Of a stretch of DNA of 64,000 nt, positions 8,376 to 18,452 are shown in pieces. The notes beneath the pieces are model-generated. The model made no database searches and was not told the DNA's origin. It saw only the letters and a list, made by a program, of their open reading frames with translations. The DNA is from Lachnospiraceae bacterium (GTDB lineage Bacteria > Bacillota > Clostridia > Lachnospirales > Lachnospiraceae), in NCBI GenBank assembly GCA_050309585.1, contig JBNRML010000073.1, positions 7,950 through 71,949 on the forward strand. The letters are read 5' to 3'. The position numbers and the translations under genes are program-made. Each line of letters begins with the position of its first letter. The first letter of the stretch is position 1.

Positions 8376-9317
8376 TTATCCCAAAAAACTTTTTACACTT
8401 TCGTAAATTCCCTGTCCATCAAGACCATACTTGGCAATAAGTTCTGTAGCCGGACCTGATTCACCAAATTTATCATTAATTCCAATCTTCTTAACCAAAG
8501 TAGGACATTTTTCTGAAAGCACATCACAAACTGCACTTCCGAGTCCTCCGATTACGGAATGTTCCTCAACAGTGACAATTTTTCCTGTTTCCCTGGCTGC
8601 CGCAATAACTGCATCCTCATCAATTGGCTTAATAGTATGCATATTGATTACTTTTGCTTCAATTCCGTCCTTGCTGAGCATTTCTGCTGCTTCCAATGAT
8701 GTACTTACTGTAAGACCACTGGCAATAATTGTCACATCTTTTCCCTCTCTCACTGTAACTGCCTTGCCGATTTCAAACTTATAATCTTCCTTATCATTGA
8801 TTACAGGAACTGCAAGTCTGCCAAATCTAAGGTAACATGGTCCATCAAATTCGTATGCCGCTTTTACTGCCGCCTTAGCCTCAACATAATCTGAAGGATT
8901 TATAATAACCATTCCAGGAATTGTTCTCATAAGAGCAATATCCTCATTACACTGATGTGTTGCACCATCTTCACCCACTGAAATACCGGCATGTGTTGCA
9001 CCAATTTTTACGTTGAGATGTGGGTATCCAATTGAGTTTCTAACCTGTTCAAAGGCTCTGCCTGCTGAAAACATTGCAAATGAACTTGCAAATGGAACCT
9101 TACCTGTTGCTGCAAGGCCAGCCGCAACTCCCATCATATTACACTCTGCAATACCACAATCTATATGCCTTTCAGGAAATGCTTTTTTAAATACATTTGT
9201 TTTTGTGGCTTCTGCAAGGTCGGCATCAAGCACCACAAGATTGTCAAATTCCTTTCCTGCTTCTACCAATCCGTCTCCATACCCTTCTCTTGTTGCTTTT
9301 TTTATTACTTCTGACAT
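8376..9317 (-). CDS. transketolase, C-terminal (pyrimidine-binding) subunit
   Basis: ATREGYG, DADLAEAT, GIAECNMMG, GEDGATHQ, VEEHSVIGGLG. Confidence 0.93.
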   Translation of the reverse strand: MSEVIKKATREGYGDGLVEAGKEFDNLVVLDADLAEATKTNVFKKAFPERHIDCGIAECNMMGVAAGLAATGKVPFASSFAMFSAGRAFEQVRNSIGYPHLNVKIGATHAGISVGEDGATHQCNEDIALMRTIPGMVIINPSDYVEAKAAVKAAYEFDGPCYLRFGRLAVPVINDKEDYKFEIGKAVTVREGKDVTIIASGLTVSTSLEAAEMLSKDGIEAKVINMHTIKPIDEDAVIAAARETGKIVTVEEHSVIGGLGSAVCDVLSEKCPTLVKKIGINDKFGESGPATELIAKYGLDGQGIYESVKSFLG

Positions 9318-10141
9318 AATGCCGCACCTACCTTTTCTAATTCTGCCATTGCTGTTTCAAACTGCTCATCATTAGGAGCGCTACCATGCCATTTAGCCTG
9401 GTTTTCCATAAATGAAACATCTTTGCCTTTTATGCTTTTTGCGATAATTGCAGTTGGTTTTCCTTTAGTTGCCCTTGCTTCATCAAAGGCAGCCTTAATC
9501 TGCTCAAAATCATGAGCATCAATATTAATTACATGGAAGTTAAATGCTTTGAATTTTTCATCTATAGGATATGGTGAACAAACCTCATCAATAGAACCGT
9601 CAATCTGGAGATTATTATTATCAACAATAACTACCAGATTATCCAATTTACGAAATCCGGCAAACATTGCTGCCTCCCAAACCTGTCCTTCCTGAATCTC
9701 ACCATCACCAAGTAATGTATATACTCTGTAATCATCACCAGATAACTTAGCTGATAATGCCATACCCGTTGCTACAGATATTCCCTGTCCCAAAGAACCA
9801 CTGGACATATCAACACCAGGTGTTCCCTTCATATCCGGGTGTCCCTGAAGATACGAGCCAACCTTTCTAAGTGTTACCAAATCCTCCACCGGGAAATATC
9901 CTCTGTGTGCAAGTGTAGAATAAAGTGCTGGTGCCACATGCCCCTTTGACAACACAAATCTGTCTCTGTCTGCCTTCTTTGGATCTTTTGGATCAATATT
10001 CATTTCTTCAAAATACAGATAAGTCATAATGTCTGCTGCTGAAAGTGATCCACCCGGATGTCCGGATTTTGCACTGTGAACTGCTGTGACTATTCCTTTT
10101 CTTATCTCGTTTGCCTGTTTTTTTAATTCTAAAACTTCCAT
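9305..10141 (-). CDS. transketolase, N-terminal (ThDP-binding) subunit
   Basis: SGHPGGSLS, DRFVLSKGH, LQGHP, GDGEIQEGQVWE; overlaps the next subunit; start set at 10141 (GAGG RBS). Confidence 0.93.
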   Translation of the reverse strand: MEVLELKKQANEIRKGIVTAVHSAKSGHPGGSLSAADIMTYLYFEEMNIDPKDPKKADRDRFVLSKGHVAPALYSTLAHRGYFPVEDLVTLRKVGSYLQGHPDMKGTPGVDMSSGSLGQGISVATGMALSAKLSGDDYRVYTLLGDGEIQEGQVWEAAMFAGFRKLDNLVVIVDNNNLQIDGSIDEVCSPYPIDEKFKAFNFHVINIDAHDFEQIKAAFDEARATKGKPTAIIAKSIKGKDVSFMENQAKWHGSAPNDEQFETAMAELEKVGAALCQK

Positions 10142-10186
10142 AACTTCCTCCATATAACTGTTTACTTGTTAATATTTTAGCACCTT

Positions 10187-13162
10187 TTATAAGAAATCCT
10201 GTTCAGTCAATTGTTTATAGTGACCTTTTCCTCTCTTCATTCTGCTAAATATTTTAGAAATTCCAAATCTGTTGGCATTCTCAATGGCATCATCTATTAC
10301 TTCCTGAATATCTTCAATGGACATTGCAGGATTTCTGCCGCTGATGTCATCTAATTTTGCATATAGTGCCAATTCGCCCATTTCGTCTATCTCATACATC
10401 TGTTCAAGGGCATAGTCTTTAGCAATTTTAACCATATCGTTGATTTCCATTTCATGGATATCCAGACGATTATTGAAGAATACTTTTAATTCCGGATTAT
10501 TTACTAACATCCTGTCGATTGCAGCCTTGTCATCCTCCAGGATAATAAGCATTTCCTCCGTATAATTCTTCATTGCGCTCATAAGGTCAACAATCGTATT
10601 AGGCATAAGATTTCCGGCCTGTTCAATAATAAGGTCAGTTCCCAAAATCTTCATCATTGCCGGTGCAACGCCCTTTTTATTGAGTGCAGACGCCTTAACC
10701 TTTGCAACTCTTCTACCGCCTCTGTTTCTTCCCTGGTTTGCCGCTTTGATGAGACTTAATCCCAATGTTGTCTTTCCAACCTTAGCCGAACCGGTAATAA
10801 TGACATTATTTGTTCTGGATGTTCCATCCAGGGTATAGTTGCTGATAAGATTCTCCAATGTCTCGGCAATATCCTCTTCCATACTTCCGGTGCCCACAAA
10901 TTCATTGAAAAGTGATGCGTATTTCTCAGGAATATGTGTAGAATCAGAATCATCGTTAGCGCCAATTTCCACAATAGACGCGACTGTTTTCTTTTCTTCT
11001 TTTTTCTTAATTTTCTTCTTTTCTTCCTGTTCTGAATCCTTTTCTTCTACTTCCTCTGATTTTCCACCAGGAATATCTTCTGTGCTGTCAGTCTCTGAAT
11101 TTTCTTCAGTCTGCTCCTCATCTGATTCAGCTTTATTATCAACATCTTCTTCTATATCTTCAAAATCATCTTCTGTCTTAATGGCGGACAAATCCGCAGC
11201 CTCTTTTTCTGCCTCAATTCTCTCGTATTCAGCCAGAACTTCATCGATTGTCATCTGACCTTCTATCTGTTCGTCATCCACATTGACTTCTTCTGTCTCT
11301 TCCTTCTGCTCCTCAGCCTTTTCCGGATAAACCATTTCTCCTGCCGGGCTGATGGTAATTCCCGCATTCAAAAGTCTGTTAATTTCTGCTCTGTCGATAA
11401 TCTTTGTTGGCTCATTTTCATAATCTGATAAATAGTCATCCTCTTCATAAGGAATGTCATCTGATTCAGCTTTATCATTCATTTTTACATAGTCGTCTTC
11501 TTCTGAAGCTTTGTTAACACTTTCTGTGTTTTCATCCGGAAATGCCTCAATGGCTGAAAAGATTTTTTCAACCTCTGACATAGTATCCTCAGTTTTTTCT
11601 TCTTCGGAATCCTCTTCTGACTCTTCAACTTCTTCAGCTGCTTCCTCAGAAACCTCTTCTGGCTCTTCAACTTCTTCAGCTACTTCCTCGGAAACCTCTT
11701 CTGGCTCTTCAACTTCTTCAGCCACTTCCTCAGAAACCTCTTCTATCTCTTCGATTTCTTCGTCTTCTTCGTCCGAAACTTCTTCCTTTTCAAAAAATCC
11801 AGTGTCACCCTTACGTGAAGGTCTTATCTCATCTTCCTCATCATCGATTCTCATCTCAAATGCATTTTTCGAGCCACTGTTTTCTTCACTGAAGAGACGT
11901 TCCATACTTTGTGCCAAAGCAGCCTGTATATTGGCGGTATTATATAAATTATTGCTATCCTCCAATTTGATATTGATTTCATCAACATCTATTTCAGCGG
12001 TCTTTGTCAGTTCTTCTCCAATATTTGAAACCTTGCCTTCCTTATTTTTATCAAATTCAAATATTTCTATTACAGAATCCCTGCGTTTAAAGTCTGATTT
12101 TCCGGCCTTAGCCACCTTTTCCTTAGCCTGATTTGCACGCATTCTTGCTTCTTCCACAAGCTTTCTTGCCATATCAGCAGCTCTCTGTGCCTCCAGTGCT
12201 GCTTCCTCTGCTGCCCTAAGTGCTGCATTTGCCATCTTTTCTTCTTCAGTTTCAAATTCTTCTTCCTGTGCTGAAGCTTTATCAGCTTCCTCTGCTCTTC
12301 TGGCCATTTCTCTGGCAGCATCACTAATACTGAACCTGCTTACTTCCTCTTCTGTCATTTCATCATCAAGATATTCTTCCTGCATATTTTCATCAAGCTC
12401 TTCATACTCTTCTTCATCAGTTTCTAAAGCTTCATCCTGCCTCTGACTATCTTCCTCATCCTTTGACAAAATAGCCTCTGCCAGCTCTTCCATACTGGAT
12501 TTCTTTTCTTTTTTGACTTCCACTACAGGCTCCGCTATAACGGCGCCGCCATAGATTTTATTATATTCTTCCAGCATTCCTGTAATAAGTCTTTTTAATT
12601 CTTTAGCTTTTTCAACATATTTTCCATTATTAAACCAGAGAATCAACTCATCACACATCTTAATACATTTGTCATCCTGGTCATTTTCATGATACAGTTT
12701 TGCAAGCTCATACTGCCATCTTTCATCCATCTCAACGTCAATATATGCTTCAAGAATTTTAATTAATACTTCTATATCCTCACCCTTTGCCTTGGCGATA
12801 CGATATTTAAGCAAATATTGTGACACGTCTGAAGGTGACATTTCAACAAAATCCTGATAAAACTCATCAGCTTCTACAAAGTTTTTTGTTCTCAATGCCA
12901 GTATGGTGAGCTTGTATGCCAGCTGTCTTCCCAAAGGAGATCTCTCATAGGCAATCAACAGAACTTCCTTGGCTTTTTCATACTGTTTTGTATTTTCATA
13001 TATATCTGCAACCCTGTTAATCATATTATTGTCCTTAACACGATACCAGTCAATTTCATCTGCAATTTTTGCAGCTGCAGCAAATTCTCTCTGACTATAC
13101 AACTTCTTAATCTGATCTGATTTAACATTGTATTCGTACTTATCCAACCTTTTTTCCTCCAT
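10187..13162 (-). CDS. TPR-repeat protein with acidic low-complexity linker and C-terminal AAA+-like P-loop domain
   Basis: N-terminal helical repeats (YEKAKEVLLIAYER...), a long E/D-rich middle, Walker A ITGSAKVGKTT and a degenerate Walker B LIIEQA. Confidence 0.7.
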   Translation of the reverse strand: MEEKRLDKYEYNVKSDQIKKLYSQREFAAAAKIADEIDWYRVKDNNMINRVADIYENTKQYEKAKEVLLIAYERSPLGRQLAYKLTILALRTKNFVEADEFYQDFVEMSPSDVSQYLLKYRIAKAKGEDIEVLIKILEAYIDVEMDERWQYELAKLYHENDQDDKCIKMCDELILWFNNGKYVEKAKELKRLITGMLEEYNKIYGGAVIAEPVVEVKKEKKSSMEELAEAILSKDEEDSQRQDEALETDEEEYEELDENMQEEYLDDEMTEEEVSRFSISDAAREMARRAEEADKASAQEEEFETEEEKMANAALRAAEEAALEAQRAADMARKLVEEARMRANQAKEKVAKAGKSDFKRRDSVIEIFEFDKNKEGKVSNIGEELTKTAEIDVDEINIKLEDSNNLYNTANIQAALAQSMERLFSEENSGSKNAFEMRIDDEEDEIRPSRKGDTGFFEKEEVSDEEDEEIEEIEEVSEEVAEEVEEPEEVSEEVAEEVEEPEEVSEEAAEEVEESEEDSEEEKTEDTMSEVEKIFSAIEAFPDENTESVNKASEEDDYVKMNDKAESDDIPYEEDDYLSDYENEPTKIIDRAEINRLLNAGITISPAGEMVYPEKAEEQKEETEEVNVDDEQIEGQMTIDEVLAEYERIEAEKEAADLSAIKTEDDFEDIEEDVDNKAESDEEQTEENSETDSTEDIPGGKSEEVEEKDSEQEEKKKIKKKEEKKTVASIVEIGANDDSDSTHIPEKYASLFNEFVGTGSMEEDIAETLENLISNYTLDGTSRTNNVIITGSAKVGKTTLGLSLIKAANQGRNRGGRRVAKVKASALNKKGVAPAMMKILGTDLIIEQAGNLMPNTIVDLMSAMKNYTEEMLIILEDDKAAIDRMLVNNPELKVFFNNRLDIHEMEINDMVKIAKDYALEQMYEIDEMGELALYAKLDDISGRNPAMSIEDIQEVIDDAIENANRFGISKIFSRMKRGKGHYKQLTEQDFL
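11622..11744. repeat. 42-bp tandem repeat x~3 inside the TPR gene
   Basis: Unit tcttcaacttcttcagc(t/c)(g/a)cttcctc(a/g)gaaacctcttctggc, encoding EEVSEE(V/A)AEEVEEP-type repeats. Confidence 0.9.
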
Positions 13163-13172
13163 TCAAGTATCA

Positions 13173-13213
13173 TGTACCCTCGGAAACTTTTTCCTATATG
13201 CCTTGAGAGTACA
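13173..13213. promoter_or_regulatory. 41-bp imperfect palindrome, copy 2 of the recurring upstream motif
   Basis: tgtaccctcggaaactttttcctatatgccttgagagtaca, directly 5' of the start of the TPR gene. Confidence 0.6.
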
Positions 13214-13309
13214 ATATCTGGTCATATAGAGTAAGTGTATCACACCATACTTACATTGTCAAAAACCTATTACCTAAAATTTCAGGCTAAATTTTATGCC
13301 ACATTGGTT

Positions 13310-16300
13310 TTAGAACAGCCTGGTTTGTTCATATTCCAATGCAGTATACTCCATTTCGTCATTATTAACATTACTGAAATAGTCAACCACAACCGTCTGC
13401 TGTTTCCCATCACATATTTTCTGTCCCAAAACATAATTTACATCAAATTTTCCTGTAATTGCAGGTGTTGCCCCTCTGGCGGGCACAACAAGCTGCACAT
13501 TATTTGTTTTCAAAAGCTTAAATATAGGCTCCCAGATGTAAACATCCTTTGCCGCTCCAAAGGGGTTATCAATAAAAATAACCTTCTTAAGCCTTGATGC
13601 ATCAGCATTCTTTGAATTTATGCTGGAAATATAGTTTATTATTGATATAAGAAATTGTATGTATATACCCTGTGACTGTCCTGTGCTTCCCACTGCCTCT
13701 TCATAAGGAAGAAATCTTGACTGGTCTGCAATTCTTTCCCTCTTATATAAATTCAATTTGATTGCATTCATATCAGAGACTATAACAGAAAACATTTTTT
13801 TCCATGACAGATTATTTTTAATGTACTTAAGTCGCTCTTCCTCAGTTTCAATGTTATCCGTAGCCTTAACCAGCCTGTCAATGTACTCTGACATCCTGTC
13901 CTCATACATCTCTTCTTTTATATATGGTATTTTCAAATTGATTACGGAAATATTCTCGTTATCAATGTTGATTTTTGAAAGCTTCGACAGCCTGTCAAGC
14001 TCCGTCTTAATATTTATGCAGCTCTGAATACACTGTTTTTCAAAATTTTCCTTAATAATCTGGATATCTGAAAGACCTTTTATAACTCTCTGTTTCTCAA
14101 GTTCAATCAGCTCATTAGTTTCCTTAAGCATTTTGATTAACTCTGATGTTTCTTCCAAATCTGCAGGCATATTAATATTGAGTCTGAACTCTGAAGCAAG
14201 GTCCTGTGCACCGAGTTTCTTTAATGTCTCACATAAAAGTGATAATTCCTTAAGGAACTGCTCTCCCTTTTTGAATTTTTCTTCTATGAATTTGTCTAAC
14301 TTTTCTGAGGTTTCCTGACAAACCTTCTCAAGCTGAACTCCTGTCTCGAAAACTCCCACGCACACATCCTGTTTTATTCCGGATTTTGTCATAAGTCTGG
14401 TTACATCCCTCCTTAAAGATATAACGCTTATCTGCTTTCCTTCAATATCCTTAATGCACCTGTTTATCTCTTCTAATCTTCCATCGAGCTCATGTAGAAT
14501 TCGTCCATTCTCTTCAAGGAAAATCTTAACTTCTTCCTGCTTCACTAAATTTTCATCAAAGCTTCCATATTTGTTTTTCAGAAGTGCCACAGAATGATTT
14601 ATCTTACCCTTGAGGATATCCTTTTCTGTTCTTATTTCCTGAATTGTCTTTCTCTTCTGCTTTTCTCTGTTCCTCAAATCGCTCTGATGCTTTTTAATTT
14701 CCGAAAGCTCTTTTGATGTGCTGTGTATCAATTCATTGTTGCGATACATATTTTCAAATATAATAATATCCATTCCCATGTAATCTATATGGCTAAGACT
14801 TCTTTCCATGTTGGTCTGATAATTCTCGAGTAACTTCTCTTTATCCGCCACAGAATTGTTTTCCTTCCTGATGGCCTCAAATGCAGCCTGAATCTTTATC
14901 TCCAGCTCATCATAAGAATACATCATCTGTTTCTCCTGACTATTTTTGACCTCTGAGTAAACAGATTCGTCAAAATATCCAGCCACCACGCCGCTCCAGA
15001 ACTGTTTTTTTCCTTCAAGTTCTTCTATTAACGAAGCCATTCTGAAATTACTCTGTTCCCTTACATTTTTATGAGCCTCCAGACGTTTTAAAAGGTCATT
15101 GTTTTCCTTCTCTCCACGGGCTTTTATTTCCTTCTTATCCCTTATGAAAATCTCAGTTTCATGGAAATCGTCTACCAGTTCAACAAGTCTTTGAAGAGAA
15201 ATAATAGCCTTCCGAATATCTTCCTGTGCAATATGATTTTTAACCTGATTTTCCTTAAGATTTCTCTCAGCTTCCCTTGTCTCATCAAGCCTTCTCATCA
15301 AGTCAACCTGTTTTTTTGTATGCTCATCAATTTCATTTGACAGATTTTCTATTGCCTCATCAGGGTTTATGTCTTCACTTGCAAAATAATTATCCATTAC
15401 AGAGCGAACAAACAAGAAGTCCTCTTTTACAACCTGCTCATTCTCACACTTTCTGCGCAATACCCTCTCAAGCTCAAGCTTGTCATTATTTAATTTTTCA
15501 CGTTTCTTATTGATTCCCCCTTTACTAAAATCAACAAGAGCAACGGTGAGAAACGCAAAAGCCTCTATATCATTTTTATCAATCTTATGAATATTTTCAC
15601 CGTTAATAACAGGTAAAATCTGCCCTGTCTTTATCAAACCGGAAATCCTTGAATCCATAATTATCTGCTCATAATTTTCAAATGCAATTATGGCATAAGG
15701 CAGTAAAGGAATTCTGTTTACCAGTTCCCTTCTCTCCTCCTCATCTGTTTTTGCAAGATAATCAGCACCCGAAATTGCCTTTGTACTGTGATATCTCTGA
15801 ACATAATTCAATACATTTAAAATATCCTCTGTCTCACTAAATGCCTTTCCAAGCTCCAGATTTTTTATTTCCTGTTCATTGTCCTTACCCTGTTTTGACG
15901 CAGTCTCCACAGCCAGAATCATATTTCTATAAGTTTTTTCGATATTTTCAGCAAGCTTATTCAAATCACTTTCCTGGTATACCTGCTTAATTTTATTTAG
16001 TTTATCGTGAACAGATAAAAGTTTCGCGACATTGTTCTGAATACTTAATTTCTTTTCTTCCTTGTGCTGAATCTGGTGCTTCTCATCCTGTATCTCAATT
16101 TTTAAATTTAATATGACATCACTTAATCTTTCTAATTCAGCTTCTATTTCAGCCGCTTCTTTATTAAGCTCTTCTTCCTGAAGTTTTATTTCCCTCAGCC
16201 TGTTTTTCGCCTCAGCCGGAAGCAGAATTCCTGCATTATTTTTTTCTTCTATCATCTCGGCATTAACTTTTTCAAGATGCTTTTGTTTTTCAGCCAGCTG

Positions 16301-17743
16301 ATAATCTAAAACCGTGATAAGACTTGCCTTTTTCTTAATCTCATCCTCAAGTTCGGAAATAGCCATACTTTCCTTGTCATCCACTTCCTTTTCTGCCTGT
16401 ACCTTCTTCTGAAGCTCAGCAAGTTTTTCGCCATCAAAAATTTTCTTTATTGCAAGAAGCTCTTTAAGTTCATGAAGCAATGTATCATTTCCCTTAAGAA
16501 TATTGTCCATTACCTGCTTTAGCTTCTCATATTCCTTCTTACACTGCACATATTCAAGGTAGTAATTTCCGCCCTCCAGAAGATTTAATCTCTCATTAAA
16601 GTCTGTTATCTCTTCTTCAATTACCTCAAACTGCATATTTTCCGCCTGAAGTCTTTCCTCAAGTTCACTTAATGTTTTCATATCCACAAGAATACGGGCA
16701 GTCTCAACCTTCTGCTCTAACATATCCTTGTCCTTTTTTATCTCAGCCCTGACTTCAATATTTTTTTCCAAGTCCTTTTTATTTTTATCCTCTAAAGCCT
16801 CCAAAGTGTTCAGGGATTTTTTAAGATTTGTAAATGCATCCTCTATTCCCGAATAAAGCTGCTTTATCGTATTTACCCTCTCAGCAAATCCCTCAATAAT
16901 TTCAATCTGCCGGTCATAATTATTGATTTCGTCCTTCTTTTTTGACAATTCAATAAGTTTATCTTTTATGTTAAGCAAAGTCTCTGCAAGACTTCCATCC
17001 TTATCATTATCTGCATATCTGTTTTTAAAGGATTTCTCAATTATCTCCTCAATAAGAAGGTCCTCGACGACCTTTCTCGTTGTCTTATAATTTGTTTCAA
17101 AATAAGTTCTGACATGTCCCTCAGTCTTATTTATTCCACGTATTATTTCCCATTCGCTTTCATAAAGGCCATATTCTGCAATAAATCTCTGATAGTCACC
17201 TTTGCGCTCAAATATCTTAACCTCCAGACTCATATCCCTCTTCTGAAGCTCCCTAAGATAATTTTTCAAGCCCTGGTAGGTCACTCTCTCTCCATCCTTC
17301 GCCAAAGGAAAATTCTTTATGTCATGGTCATTAAAATTTCTATAAAAAATGCAATAATTGAAATATTCAATGGATGTGCCATTCTTCCTGTCTGACTCAT
17401 TCTCTTCTCCCGAATCCTTTGCCTTTCTCGCGCAGAATCCGGTGAGCATATACCTAAAATTGTCCTTTATATGAACATCACTGAGACTCCACTCAATCAT
17501 TGAATGAATGGTGGTGCTGCCCTCATTTGTTCTGAAAAGCTTTTCTATGGGCTGTTTGTCATCCAGGCTACAATTAGGAATGAGATTCTGAAGCAGTAAA
17601 AGCATTAACACACTTTTTCCGCCACCATTTGCCAAATCATAAATGGTATTTTTGCAGGAAAAGCGCATTAAAAAGTCATCATAAAACTGGGTTCCAAAAT
17701 TATATTTAACGTTGTTTACCCTTATTCTGTTAATATGTGGCAT
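13310..17743 (-). CDS. jetC: SMC/MukB-like ATPase, Wadjet type III JetC-like
   Basis: Walker A DLANGGGKS, ~1000-aa coiled coil, signature-like GSTGQS and Walker B-like IFIDNPFG; follows jetA/jetB-like genes. Confidence 0.8.
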   Translation of the reverse strand: MPHINRIRVNNVKYNFGTQFYDDFLMRFSCKNTIYDLANGGGKSVLMLLLLQNLIPNCSLDDKQPIEKLFRTNEGSTTIHSMIEWSLSDVHIKDNFRYMLTGFCARKAKDSGEENESDRKNGTSIEYFNYCIFYRNFNDHDIKNFPLAKDGERVTYQGLKNYLRELQKRDMSLEVKIFERKGDYQRFIAEYGLYESEWEIIRGINKTEGHVRTYFETNYKTTRKVVEDLLIEEIIEKSFKNRYADNDKDGSLAETLLNIKDKLIELSKKKDEINNYDRQIEIIEGFAERVNTIKQLYSGIEDAFTNLKKSLNTLEALEDKNKKDLEKNIEVRAEIKKDKDMLEQKVETARILVDMKTLSELEERLQAENMQFEVIEEEITDFNERLNLLEGGNYYLEYVQCKKEYEKLKQVMDNILKGNDTLLHELKELLAIKKIFDGEKLAELQKKVQAEKEVDDKESMAISELEDEIKKKASLITVLDYQLAEKQKHLEKVNAEMIEEKNNAGILLPAEAKNRLREIKLQEEELNKEAAEIEAELERLSDVILNLKIEIQDEKHQIQHKEEKKLSIQNNVAKLLSVHDKLNKIKQVYQESDLNKLAENIEKTYRNMILAVETASKQGKDNEQEIKNLELGKAFSETEDILNVLNYVQRYHSTKAISGADYLAKTDEEERRELVNRIPLLPYAIIAFENYEQIIMDSRISGLIKTGQILPVINGENIHKIDKNDIEAFAFLTVALVDFSKGGINKKREKLNNDKLELERVLRRKCENEQVVKEDFLFVRSVMDNYFASEDINPDEAIENLSNEIDEHTKKQVDLMRRLDETREAERNLKENQVKNHIAQEDIRKAIISLQRLVELVDDFHETEIFIRDKKEIKARGEKENNDLLKRLEAHKNVREQSNFRMASLIEELEGKKQFWSGVVAGYFDESVYSEVKNSQEKQMMYSYDELEIKIQAAFEAIRKENNSVADKEKLLENYQTNMERSLSHIDYMGMDIIIFENMYRNNELIHSTSKELSEIKKHQSDLRNREKQKRKTIQEIRTEKDILKGKINHSVALLKNKYGSFDENLVKQEEVKIFLEENGRILHELDGRLEEINRCIKDIEGKQISVISLRRDVTRLMTKSGIKQDVCVGVFETGVQLEKVCQETSEKLDKFIEEKFKKGEQFLKELSLLCETLKKLGAQDLASEFRLNINMPADLEETSELIKMLKETNELIELEKQRVIKGLSDIQIIKENFEKQCIQSCINIKTELDRLSKLSKINIDNENISVINLKIPYIKEEMYEDRMSEYIDRLVKATDNIETEEERLKYIKNNLSWKKMFSVIVSDMNAIKLNLYKRERIADQSRFLPYEEAVGSTGQSQGIYIQFLISIINYISSINSKNADASRLKKVIFIDNPFGAAKDVYIWEPIFKLLKTNNVQLVVPARGATPAITGKFDVNYVLGQKICDGKQQTVVVDYFSNVNNDEMEYTALEYEQTRLF

Positions 17744-18449
17744 CAGCTTCTCCTCCTTTCATAATCTCATAAAGTCGTCCCTTATATTCCTCAAAATAAT
17801 TTCTAATCAATGCCTTAAGTCTTTTCTTTGGATAATATCTTCCATTGTTTTCAATAACAAGCTCCTGTTTCACCAGAAAATTCATTGTCATTTTGACAAA
17901 TCCAACCTTTGAGCCTCTGGCAGCCTTTGCAGTAGTATCTTCATTGGCAACCATGGGAAGGTCCTCCCACACAAGCGCTATAGCCTTAAAGCTGTTCTCC
18001 TCAACCTCGTCAAGGTTTAACATTTGAAGATTATTTACAGTTCCCGACAAAGAACTGTCAACACTGTTTATCAAATCCTCCACCTTCACATACTCATTGA
18101 AGGTCACATTTTCTGTGTCATTATAGAACCAGGTTATCAGATTATAAATTATAAAATAACACAAAAAAAGCTCCCTGTTCAGCCTTACCCCTATCTCTCT
18201 TTTAAGCTCTTCATTGGAATAGCCGAACACACGATTATTCTCTCCTGCAGAAGCAAAAATTGCATTTTCGTACTCATAAATTGACAGATTCATATTCTTG
18301 CATATTGTATTTGTAATCTCATACACTTCGCTATTGTCAATATATGCCTCATAAAGGGAATATGTTTCCTTGTCGTCTCTGCTTACCTCTTCTCCTGTTA
18401 TAAGCTTTGATATAATTTCAAGTGCCTTGGTTAAATTTCTATCTTCCAC
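17730..18449 (-). CDS. jetB: Wadjet JetB-like / MksE-like KITE protein (DUF6063-like)
   Basis: 239 aa with VFGYSNEELK and LCYFIIY motifs; overlaps the jetC start; middle position of the trio. Confidence 0.7.
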   Translation of the reverse strand: MEDRNLTKALEIISKLITGEEVSRDDKETYSLYEAYIDNSEVYEITNTICKNMNLSIYEYENAIFASAGENNRVFGYSNEELKREIGVRLNRELFLCYFIIYNLITWFYNDTENVTFNEYVKVEDLINSVDSSLSGTVNNLQMLNLDEVEENSFKAIALVWEDLPMVANEDTTAKAARGSKVGFVKMTMNFLVKQELVIENNGRYYPKKRLKALIRNYFEEYKGRLYEIMKGGEADATY

Positions 18450-18452
18450 AGC

